The notes beneath the pieces are model-generated. The model did not search any database and was not told where the DNA came from. It worked only from the letters and a program-made list of their open reading frames with translations. The position numbers and the translations under genes are program-made. Below, in pieces: positions 24,070 to 32,639 of a stretch of DNA of 40,243 bases. Source of the stretch: Candidatus Yonathbacteria bacterium CG_4_8_14_3_um_filter_46_25 (GTDB lineage Bacteria; Patescibacteriota; Minisyncoccia; Phycocordibacterales; UBA1539); the NCBI GenBank assembly GCA_002788135.1, contig PFQT01000031.1, forward strand, positions 1 to 40,243. Reading direction: 5' to 3'. Each line of letters starts with the position of its first letter. Positions within the stretch are counted from its first letter, which is position 1.

Positions 24070-25329
24070 TTACTGATTCGTATTTTTTGACAAAAGATCG
24101 ATCAATTTTTCTTTTTGAACTATCATCCCTGCTAATTCTGTCCGGCCTTTCATCTCCACGCCACCCGCACGAATGCTTTTTTCGCTCACAACGACACGCG
24201 TTGGAATTCCAATAAGATCCGCGTCCGCGAACTTCTCTCCCGCATTCACGTTTCGATCATCATAGAGCGTGTCAAATCCTTCACGAGAGAGCATGCCGTA
24301 TATCTCTTGTGCGGCCATAGCAACGTTCGCAGATTCGGCACTTTTAACCTCGACAACATGCGCGGCGAACGGCGCTACCGATGCGGGCCACACGATTCCC
24401 GCCTTGTCGGCAAGCACTTCGACGATTGCACCCATCAATCTGCCTAATCCGATACCATAACACCCCATAATGACCGGGTGGTCTTTCCCTTCAGAATCTT
24501 TGTACGCAAGCCCGAACGGATCGGAAAACTTATTCTTAAGTTTAAAAGTATTCCCGACCTCGATCGCTTTTTCGGTTTTTAATTTTTTTCCTCCGCATTC
24601 CGGACATTCTTTTTGTTCAGCGATTATTTCTTCATTTATCGCCGTAGAACATGAGTCGCATATATGAATCGTATCCTCGCCCGCTCCCGTTACTGTTTGA
24701 AATTCGTGAGAATATTTGGAAAAACTTCCACCGGAAGCAAAGGTTAAATGCGTAATATCGCCAAGACCGACTCGCTTGAAAATATTTTTATACGCGGTTA
24801 TCATAACCTCGTAATGGCGATCAAGGTCTTCCTCGTCGGCATGAAACGAATAAAAGTCCTTCATAAGAAATTCCCGACCGCGCAATACTCCCGATTTTGA
24901 ACGAAGTTCCATTCTAAATTTATTCTGAATTTGATACACATACATCGGCAGGTCACGATATGAAGCAATGAACTGTTTCGCGAGCGGAACAACTATTTCT
25001 TCATGGGTCGGACCAAGCGCAAATTCTTTTTTTGACGAATCAACAATCTTGTAAAGATCATCCATGGTGTTCCATCGATCGGTCTTTTCCCAATTTTCTT
25101 TCGGGTGCAGTGACGGCATAAGTATCTCTTGCCCGCCGGCCCTGTTCATTTCATCGCGTATGATATTCGCGATCTTTTCAAGAACTCGAAGACCAAGCGG
25201 CAGATAGGTATACACACCCGCTTGAAGCTTATCGACAAAACCCGCTTTGATCAGAAGCTTCGCGTTTCGTGACACCTCTTCCGAGGGTACCTCCTTTCTT
25301 GTTTTCGTGAAGAGTTGTGACTGCAACAT
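24070..25329 (-). CDS. proS: proline--tRNA ligase, short form without INS editing domain, with a Cys4 insertion
   Basis: Class II motifs (FRMELRSKSGVLRGREFLMKDFYSF; GCYGIGLGRLMGAIVE). Only about 130 aa lie between motifs 2 and 3, containing CDSC...CPEC. C-terminal anticodon-binding domain. Confidence 0.85.
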   Translation of the reverse strand: MLQSQLFTKTRKEVPSEEVSRNAKLLIKAGFVDKLQAGVYTYLPLGLRVLEKIANIIRDEMNRAGGQEILMPSLHPKENWEKTDRWNTMDDLYKIVDSSKKEFALGPTHEEIVVPLAKQFIASYRDLPMYVYQIQNKFRMELRSKSGVLRGREFLMKDFYSFHADEEDLDRHYEVMITAYKNIFKRVGLGDITHLTFASGGSFSKYSHEFQTVTGAGEDTIHICDSCSTAINEEIIAEQKECPECGGKKLKTEKAIEVGNTFKLKNKFSDPFGLAYKDSEGKDHPVIMGCYGIGLGRLMGAIVEVLADKAGIVWPASVAPFAAHVVEVKSAESANVAMAAQEIYGMLSREGFDTLYDDRNVNAGEKFADADLIGIPTRVVVSEKSIRAGGVEMKGRTELAGMIVQKEKLIDLLSKNTNQ

Positions 25330-25426
25330 TCGTCATATCTTACACCTAATAACGATAAAAATCAAAACGATACCCTCTAGACAAAAAGAGCGCGAATATA
25401 AAAAATTGAGCTTCGGGGTAGACCCC

Positions 25427-26551
25427 TTAAAAGACAAAAAACCGGGTTAAGTAAATCGCAAGGTCGTTGTAGGTAACGACCACCATAAGCATTATAATTA
25501 AGAAAAAACCGATGACATTGACGGCATTGGTAAGGCGAATGTCGATATCCGACCCTTTGATCGCTTCAATCAGAATGAAGAGGAATCTTCCTCCGTCAAG
25601 TGCCGGGAACGGCAAAAAGTTAATGATGGCAAGATTGATCGAAATAATGGCGGCAAGCAAAAGCACATAAACAAAACCGAATGCGCTCGCTTCCCCCACG
25701 ACACCGACAAGACCGACTGGTCCAGTAACAGAAGAGAGGTCTGCGGTGCCGGCAAAGAGCGAACCAAAAAAATGCCACAACCCGGCCGCGGTCATCGATA
25801 CAAGCGAAACGGTCATGGCCGCTCCTTCTTTGAACGCACGGAAAAACGGTAAGTGAAGCAGTCCGATTGTATCCATTGAGATCCCGATTGCCGACTCACC
25901 TTCGAGTATTCCACTTACCGGAGTAATGGAAATAACTTGTTCATTGCCGTTTCCGCGTCTATAAGTAAATCCAATCGGATCATTGCCGTGCGCGGCAATG
26001 AATCCTTTCACATCCGCCGTGTCCAAAGGATGGTTGAGAAATTCCGCTCCCGCAGAGAGAGCAACGATCTCATCCCCTACCCGCAACCCCGCCCTGTCTG
26101 CTGGAGAATTCGGAATCGTTCCGGTAATGGTAACCGCGGGACTGACCACCAACGCGATATCGCGATCGGCGACCGCATCAAGCGATGTCGGCAGTCCGAT
26201 CATAAATCCTACCGAAATGAGAACCCACGCGAGAAGGATATTTGAGACAACGCCGGCCATGACCACCATTGCCTGGGCATATTTCGGTTTAGCGAGAAAG
26301 CTTCCCGCGGAGGAACGAATGTCCGGCTCGCCCGTATCGCTCTCGCCAAATATTTTAACAAAGCCGCCTATTGGAAAGAGATTGAGTGAGTATTCCGTTT
26401 CACCGATCTTTTTTGAAATAAGTTTTGGCGGGAAACCAAAACCGAATTCATCAACACGCATACGGAAAAGTTTTGCGACAAGAAAATGCCCCGCCTCATG
26501 CGCGAGCACTAATACGGCAAGTATGACAATAAAAATAATAGCGGTCGTCAT
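25427..26551 (-). CDS. rseP: RIP metalloprotease RseP (site-2 protease, M50)
   Basis: HEAGHFLVAK (HExxH), PDZ segment (SPADRAGLRVGDEIVAL), NLLPFPALDGG-like motif (NFLPFPALDGG). Confidence 0.9.
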   Translation of the reverse strand: MTTAIIFIVILAVLVLAHEAGHFLVAKLFRMRVDEFGFGFPPKLISKKIGETEYSLNLFPIGGFVKIFGESDTGEPDIRSSAGSFLAKPKYAQAMVVMAGVVSNILLAWVLISVGFMIGLPTSLDAVADRDIALVVSPAVTITGTIPNSPADRAGLRVGDEIVALSAGAEFLNHPLDTADVKGFIAAHGNDPIGFTYRRGNGNEQVISITPVSGILEGESAIGISMDTIGLLHLPFFRAFKEGAAMTVSLVSMTAAGLWHFFGSLFAGTADLSSVTGPVGLVGVVGEASAFGFVYVLLLAAIISINLAIINFLPFPALDGGRFLFILIEAIKGSDIDIRLTNAVNVIGFFLIIMLMVVVTYNDLAIYLTRFFVF

Positions 26552-26578
26552 GATATATGGCCTTTCGGCGCAATAAAT

Positions 26579-27127
26579 TTAAAACATAATATCGTGCTCT
26601 TTCTTTGAGGCGATATTTTCAAGCTTGTTATTTGTTACATCAACCAACTCCTGAAGCATATTTTTGATCCTGAATTTGTCATCTTCAGAGATTTCTTTGG
26701 TCTTCTCTTTTTCTTGCACGTCGCTCCAGAGAGCTTCCCGTTCTTTGCGAACAGAAACACGCGCTTCTTCCAATTTTCCACCGACTGCCTTCACGAACGC
26801 AACACGCCGCTCCCCTGTTAATTCGGGAAAGAATACTCTGATCCCAGCCTGATCAACAGACACCGAGATGCCGAGATTTGCGGCATCGATCGCTTTTTCC
26901 ATCGCCTTTATCTGCGTCTTGTCCCACGGAATCACACGAACCGTACGCGGGTCATCGGTGGTGATGGATGCCGCATGCGCGATCGAAGTTCTCGCTCCGT
27001 ACGCGTCAAAAGTAATCCCGTCAAGAAGTGTCGGAGTTGCCCTGCCAGTGTGAATCGACATGAGCTCTTTTGAAAACCGTTCTTCAATCGCGGTAAGGCG
27101 TTTTTTAAATGTTTGCAAATCGTACAT
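26579..27127 (-). CDS. frr: ribosome recycling factor
   Basis: 182 aa. IHTGRATPTLLDGI, RVIPWDK, LTGERR, typical Frr. Confidence 0.9.
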   Translation of the reverse strand: MYDLQTFKKRLTAIEERFSKELMSIHTGRATPTLLDGITFDAYGARTSIAHAASITTDDPRTVRVIPWDKTQIKAMEKAIDAANLGISVSVDQAGIRVFFPELTGERRVAFVKAVGGKLEEARVSVRKEREALWSDVQEKEKTKEISEDDKFRIKNMLQELVDVTNNKLENIASKKEHDIMF

Positions 27128-27175
27128 AAATCACTTCAAGTATACTTCATTCCGAATACGCGTCAAAGGAAAAAT

Positions 27176-27901
27176 TCACCCGACACGCGGCATAGTAAGC
27201 GCGCCATGCTCGAGTATGGCCTTCACTGATGGCGCCCTTCCATTCATATATCCGCGATATTTCTGGATATCCTCAAGCGCGCGGCGCATTTCCAACGAAA
27301 GAATTCCTACTCCGTCCACCTGACGAGATACGACACATTCGAGCGCCCCCAAAAAAGAAATCGCCTTGTCTTTGTCTTTTTCCGCAACAATCTTTTCGAT
27401 GGAACGCAACCGGCTAACAGTATCTTCGCGTACGAACTTCCGCGCAAGTTCCATCGACCATTCAGATGGCGCAGATAACACTCGCGTGACCACCTGTAAC
27501 CGCGAACGCAATGTCGGCAACAAGACTTCAGCGCTGGGCATGATAAGAAAAAAGTAGGTCTGATCCGCCGGCTCTTCAAACATTTTAAGGAGAGAGTTTT
27601 GCGCTTCTTCCGTAATAAAGCGTGCGTGTATGACAAATATCCTTCTGTTGTGCATGATCGCCTTTCGTGATTGAAAGTCTTTCAGCACCCTTCCGTTATC
27701 AACTCCAAATTGCTCAAATGAATCGATCCAAATGTCCGGATTGTCATGTGTCGGAAAAAGTAATTTTGTTTCAAAAAAATCAAACAAGAGCGGCGAAATA
27801 TTTTCGTAATCACCCTCGATAAGATATGCATGGTGAAGCATGCCGCTCTTCTCGTATGCATCCACCATACCGCGTATATCTACAGCACGACTATCGTCCA
27901 T
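27176..27901 (-). CDS. holB: DNA polymerase III delta-prime-like clamp-loader subunit
   Basis: ORF track 27176..27949 starts at TTG; the ATG at 27901 is preferred. HAYLIEGD occupies the position of the AAA+ N-terminal box with no intact P-loop. SLLKMFEEP and LPTLRSR (SRC-like) motifs. Confidence 0.7.
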   Translation of the reverse strand: MDDSRAVDIRGMVDAYEKSGMLHHAYLIEGDYENISPLLFDFFETKLLFPTHDNPDIWIDSFEQFGVDNGRVLKDFQSRKAIMHNRRIFVIHARFITEEAQNSLLKMFEEPADQTYFFLIMPSAEVLLPTLRSRLQVVTRVLSAPSEWSMELARKFVREDTVSRLRSIEKIVAEKDKDKAISFLGALECVVSRQVDGVGILSLEMRRALEDIQKYRGYMNGRAPSVKAILEHGALTMPRVG

Positions 27902-27902
27902 G

Positions 27903-28916
27903 TTATTTTTTCGCAATAATACTCTTTTTGTAGGTATCCAAGTGCTCAAGCGCTATCCCTGTGCCTTTTGCGACACAATACAGGGCGTCCTCGGCGAGTA
28001 TTGAGTGCACACCTGTTCTGCGGTGCACCAATTCGGGAAGATTGCGAAGCTGAGACGAACCGCCGGTCATAATGATCCCTTGATCAATAATATCAGCAGA
28101 AAGTTCCGGCGGAGTTTCTTGTAAAACATCCTTGATCGCCTTTATCATCTCCCGCAACTCTTTGTCAATCGCCTTCACGATCTCATTGGTACCGGCTTGC
28201 GCGCTCCGCGGCAGACCGGCGACAAAATCACGCCCCTTTATTTTCATGAAAAGCTCTTCTTCAAGCGGCACGGCAGAGCCAATTTGTATTTTTATCTCCT
28301 CGGCGGTTTTGTCGCCAATCGCGAGGTTAAACGTCTTTTTGATGTAGTCGGCAATCGCTTGATCGATTCGATTACCCGCGCATTTAACCGAAGTTGAAGA
28401 CACGATACCGCCGAGGGAAATGACGGCAACGTCCGTCGTTCCACCGCCAATATCGACGATCATGTGGCCACGCGCCTCATGGATCGGTATGCCGGCACCG
28501 ATTGCGGCAAGTATCGGTTCTTTCACCACATACGCGCTTTTTGCCCCGGCTTTCATGGTCGCTTCAACGACGGCACGGCGTTCCGTCGAAGAAACACCCG
28601 CAGGAACCGAAACCATCACCTCCGGCTTGAAAATATTCCATCTTCCAAGCGCTTTCCCGATATAATAACGGAGCATCGCTTCCGTCACTCGATAATCGGC
28701 GATCACCCCGTCACGCATTGGACGATAGGCAACGATGTTGTCAGGCGTTCTGCCAATCATTTCTTTCGCCTCAAGTCCAACCGCCAAAATTTTATTATCT
28801 TGTTCCGATACCGCGACAACGGATGGTTCATTCAGCACCACTCCTTTACCGGGAACGTAGACAAGGGTGTTCGCGGTTCCAAGATCTATGCCGAGTTTAT
28901 TCGAAAAGAAACTCAT
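27903..28916 (-). CDS. second MreB/Mbl-family actin-like protein
   Basis: LGIDLGTANTLVYVPGKG, IVDIGGGTTDVAVISLGG, IMTGGSSQLRNL. Confidence 0.85.
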   Translation of the reverse strand: MSFFSNKLGIDLGTANTLVYVPGKGVVLNEPSVVAVSEQDNKILAVGLEAKEMIGRTPDNIVAYRPMRDGVIADYRVTEAMLRYYIGKALGRWNIFKPEVMVSVPAGVSSTERRAVVEATMKAGAKSAYVVKEPILAAIGAGIPIHEARGHMIVDIGGGTTDVAVISLGGIVSSTSVKCAGNRIDQAIADYIKKTFNLAIGDKTAEEIKIQIGSAVPLEEELFMKIKGRDFVAGLPRSAQAGTNEIVKAIDKELREMIKAIKDVLQETPPELSADIIDQGIIMTGGSSQLRNLPELVHRRTGVHSILAEDALYCVAKGTGIALEHLDTYKKSIIAKK

Positions 28917-28964
28917 TGTGATCTATGTATATCAGCTCCGAACAGAAATGGCAATAGACAAGCG

Positions 28965-30413
28965 CTAGTACGGATTTGGTGCGAACACACCCGTTGACAT
29001 TGTCGATGTTGGAATTGTCACTTCTTGCATTAGGAGCTTTTGAAGTTCTTCTGTTGTTATCGCGTCTTTTGGCGCTTCGATAGAAACGTTTCCATTCACC
29101 TCTTTGAGAACATATTCAATCTGTACCGATCCGGAAACATCAGCGCCGGCGATACTAAATTGACCCATCTCCGCGACCGTCTTCACCCGGTAAATGTAGA
29201 GATTATCCGTTCCAACCCACACATTGGTTTCGACAAGAGAGAGCACTTGCGCAATCACTGTTTTTTCTTCGTCAGTCATTGGCTCAATCGAATCGTCAGC
29301 AGGCACATCAAGGTGCTTTTCCCTTACGGTATTCACCATTTTTTCAAACTCATTGACAAGAATGGTTGCGTCATCGGTCGAAAGCGCGATCCGGTAATGA
29401 TGCAAGGGGACCCCATCGATAACCTCATCGTCAAGAGCCGTGATCGACCGTTCAATGATTTGTTGAAATTCGGAAGAGAGTAAATAATCTACGACCATTA
29501 CCCGAACATCTTTCCGGACTGATTCCACATCAAAAGACGGAGTTATTGAAGGACTTTCAATGTCCATGTTTTCATCTTCAATCTGCGAAGCAACAAAATC
29601 GGCGGTGTTGAAAACAATCCATGTATCTTTCATGTTTGACACGTTTATGAACGGAATATCGCTCACATCGTTGAGTCGAAAATATCCGGAGTTATTAACG
29701 GACAAAAAATCAAAATTCAACTCAAAGTGCGCCGGAAACATTCCGATCGTTTCATCGATCTCAAAGTCGTTCGAAGTTCTGAGATCGGCATCTTGAACAT
29801 CGCCGCTCCGTTTCGCAAGAGCACCATCGGTAGTAAGTTTCGCCGAGTACGTTATTTTGCCAAAACTGGATGGATCAATGAACGGAGTTTCAGCCGCGGA
29901 ATCCATTGCCGAAGTACCTGTTACCGCCTGTTCCATAATCCCATCAGCAGAAAGCGTAACGGAAAATGTTGCAGAATCCATGTTCTTGTTAAACGCCGCC
30001 ATAAGTACCTCCGCCGGTGTCATGCTCTTTTTGCCAAAAAACGCAAAGTATGCAAACGCTGATCCGCCGACAAGAACAACCCCGATGATGATCGCGATAA
30101 CACCGATTGTTGCCCGAAATCCGCTCCCCTTTCCGCGCGTACTGAGAGAACCAGCAAGTACGCTCCCCACGCCGGGTGTCGGACGCGAAAAAAGACGCTG
30201 ACCGGAATTCTGCGGCGAAGACATGGTAGCGGTCTTGTTTATTGAAGGAGGAGTACCCATTGGACGATTGTTCAAAACAAGCTGTTGCATCGCTTCGACT
30301 ATGTCGGCATCATTCCACCCGCCTTGACTTCTCAAGGCATTTTTTATCTCTCCTTCACTGGTACCATTATCAAGTTGTTGTTTGATATACGCGCGCAATT
30401 CTTCTGTCACCAT
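28965..30413 (-). CDS. hypothetical bitopic membrane protein with a large extracytoplasmic domain
   Basis: 482 aa. Soluble N-terminal helical module (EELRAYIKQQLDNGTSEGEIKNALRSQGGWNDADIVEAM), one TM (IGVIAIIIGVVLVGGSAFAYFAFF), then about 350 aa with no recognised family. Confidence 0.6.
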   Translation of the reverse strand: MVTEELRAYIKQQLDNGTSEGEIKNALRSQGGWNDADIVEAMQQLVLNNRPMGTPPSINKTATMSSPQNSGQRLFSRPTPGVGSVLAGSLSTRGKGSGFRATIGVIAIIIGVVLVGGSAFAYFAFFGKKSMTPAEVLMAAFNKNMDSATFSVTLSADGIMEQAVTGTSAMDSAAETPFIDPSSFGKITYSAKLTTDGALAKRSGDVQDADLRTSNDFEIDETIGMFPAHFELNFDFLSVNNSGYFRLNDVSDIPFINVSNMKDTWIVFNTADFVASQIEDENMDIESPSITPSFDVESVRKDVRVMVVDYLLSSEFQQIIERSITALDDEVIDGVPLHHYRIALSTDDATILVNEFEKMVNTVREKHLDVPADDSIEPMTDEEKTVIAQVLSLVETNVWVGTDNLYIYRVKTVAEMGQFSIAGADVSGSVQIEYVLKEVNGNVSIEAPKDAITTEELQKLLMQEVTIPTSTMSTGVFAPNPY

Positions 30414-30443
30414 AAAAAATTAAAAAAATAATCGAGTAAAAAA

Positions 30444-31775
30444 CTATCTAAGACGTTTGATGTCGACACCGATCGCGCGCAATTTTTTTTCAACGTGATC
30501 ATATCCGCGGTCGATGTTGTATACATTATGAATGATTGAAATTCCTTTTGCAATAATTGCGGCGATGACAAACGCAAGTCCCGCGCGCAGGTCGGGGCTT
30601 TCGAGTGTTTTTCCATGAAGTGATGATGGCCCTTTCACGATAATCCGGTGCGCATCCATCGCAATTATATCAGCACCCATGCTCGCAAGCGCTTCTGCGT
30701 ATCCAAGACGCCCTTCAAATATTGTTTCAAAAACTTTCCCCTCGCCTTCGGTTTGCGTAAGAAAAACGGTCATAGGCGCCTGCAGGTCTGTCGGGAATCC
30801 GGGATACTCGTGAGTCTTGAGATCGAACGATTTTAAAGTACCTTGCTCGCCCGTGACCGTTACCGTGTCTCCGGATACGACAATACCGACACCGGAATCA
30901 CGAAGGAGCTCTATCAGAAGCTCGAGATGCCAAGGGTTACAATTGGTTATTTTCACATCCTTCCCGGCGAGTGCCGCAAGAATGAGGTAGCTCCCCGCCT
31001 CAATCCGATCCGGCAAAACGCGGTGAGGAGAAAGGGCGGTAAGTAATCCTCCTCCACATATCCTGATCGTAGTTGTGCCAATACCCGTTATCGAAGCACC
31101 GCCATCAATAAGAAATTTAGCCAAGTCCTCAATCTCCGGTTCAAGCGATGCGTTCTTGATCACCGTTTCACCGGAGGCAAGCACCCCAGCCATCATGAAT
31201 GTTTCGGTAGCGGTCACACTCTGTTGTCGCATGTGTATCGTCGTTCCCGTAAGTGTTCCTCCGGTAGCGGTGAAAAGATAGCGTCCTTTCGATTCTTTTA
31301 TCTGCGCACCCATCTTTCTAAAGCCATCAAGAAATATATCAATTGGACGCTCGCCGATAAGGCACCCTCCGGGATGGGGAAAAGAAACCTTGCCGAACCG
31401 CGCAAGAAGCGGCCCCGAGAGCACGATCGACGCGCGAAATCTTTTCGAAATATCATCAAGGAGTGAGGTGCTGCAGCGCCTGCCTACACGAAGATCATAC
31501 ACGCCTGTTTTCTTTTTTGACACAACAACCCCGATAGCGTTAAGCAGGTCTGACATTCGTTTAATATCTTCTATTTCGGGAACATTCTCAAGAATTACTT
31601 TGTTCTTAAAAAGAACCGACGCCGCCATAAGTTTAAGCGCGGCATTTTTTGCGCCACCAATAATAACCTCGCCTGAAAGCGCGCGTTTCCCGCCAAGCCC
31701 GTTTATCACGAATCGCGAATTCTCGTTTGTTCTAGAAATGTGTCGGCTTCTTATACTCCGCGGAGATCTTTTCAT
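30444..31775 (-). CDS. murA: UDP-N-acetylglucosamine 1-carboxyvinyltransferase
   Basis: GEVIIGGAKNAALKLMAA, active-site loop HPGGCLIGERPID, DLRAGLAFVIAA. Confidence 0.9.
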   Translation of the reverse strand: MKRSPRSIRSRHISRTNENSRFVINGLGGKRALSGEVIIGGAKNAALKLMAASVLFKNKVILENVPEIEDIKRMSDLLNAIGVVVSKKKTGVYDLRVGRRCSTSLLDDISKRFRASIVLSGPLLARFGKVSFPHPGGCLIGERPIDIFLDGFRKMGAQIKESKGRYLFTATGGTLTGTTIHMRQQSVTATETFMMAGVLASGETVIKNASLEPEIEDLAKFLIDGGASITGIGTTTIRICGGGLLTALSPHRVLPDRIEAGSYLILAALAGKDVKITNCNPWHLELLIELLRDSGVGIVVSGDTVTVTGEQGTLKSFDLKTHEYPGFPTDLQAPMTVFLTQTEGEGKVFETIFEGRLGYAEALASMGADIIAMDAHRIIVKGPSSLHGKTLESPDLRAGLAFVIAAIIAKGISIIHNVYNIDRGYDHVEKKLRAIGVDIKRLR

Positions 31776-31869
31776 GAAAAAGATTATACACCGGACGCAT
31801 CGTCAATGCCACCGCTTGATTATCTCCAAATATTTCCTTTTGTGAACTTTTTGTATATTATAGGGAAAT

Positions 31870-32619
31870 ATGAAAAAAATGTTTTACCGTAAAGAGGCCA
31901 CTCTGTTCGCGTTTATTGGCGTTATCTCGCTCGCGATTCTTGTGTATGGATACCAGTCATCGGCGAACCTTGGAGCAATAACCGTCCATGTTCCTTACGC
32001 GAACACCGCGGTTTTTTGGAATAATGAAGAAGTGCGCCTCACGACCGCCACCGACCAAGAAGTCGTTGTCGGACGAGTTGCTCCCGGCGAACAATCGGTT
32101 CTGGTATACAAAGAAGGATACTACCCATGGGAAAAAACCTTGTATATGAGAGAAGGAGAAAAAGCGGATATATTCCCTTTTTTGGTGCGGGAGAACCCCG
32201 GCCAACATGAAGTCGATCCAGCGATATTCGCAAATGTGATTCCTCCAAACGGGAAAAAAGTTTCAGCGAGCGGTGCGATAGCGGTCGATAATGCCAATGG
32301 CAAAATATACGCAATCCGGCTTACTGACGACAAATCAACCCTCTTTTGCGGTTATGAACACGAAACAGAAACATGCTACGAGACGGTAGTAGTGCTCGAC
32401 ATTCAGCAAACCATCAACAATGTTGACTTTTACCCCGACAGAGACGATGTTATTCTTTTCTCTACGAAAGACGGGCTCTACGCGATCGAGATCGATGGAC
32501 GCGGAACACGAAATTTCCAGCCAATCTATGAAGGCTCGACCGATGGATTCTTAGTCGATAAACGCACCTCATCCATTTACGTCAAAAACGGACAATCATC
32601 CTTTCAGGTACTTCCTTAA
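31870..32619 (+). CDS. hypothetical membrane-anchored protein with a PEGA-like beta domain
   Basis: N-terminal anchor TLFAFIGVISLAILVYG. The segment VGRVAPGEQSVLVYKEGYYPWEKTLYM resembles a PEGA domain. Confidence 0.55.
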   Translation: MKKMFYRKEATLFAFIGVISLAILVYGYQSSANLGAITVHVPYANTAVFWNNEEVRLTTATDQEVVVGRVAPGEQSVLVYKEGYYPWEKTLYMREGEKADIFPFLVRENPGQHEVDPAIFANVIPPNGKKVSASGAIAVDNANGKIYAIRLTDDKSTLFCGYEHETETCYETVVVLDIQQTINNVDFYPDRDDVILFSTKDGLYAIEIDGRGTRNFQPIYEGSTDGFLVDKRTSSIYVKNGQSSFQVLP

Positions 32620-32639
32620 GCACATAGAGAGATTAATAT

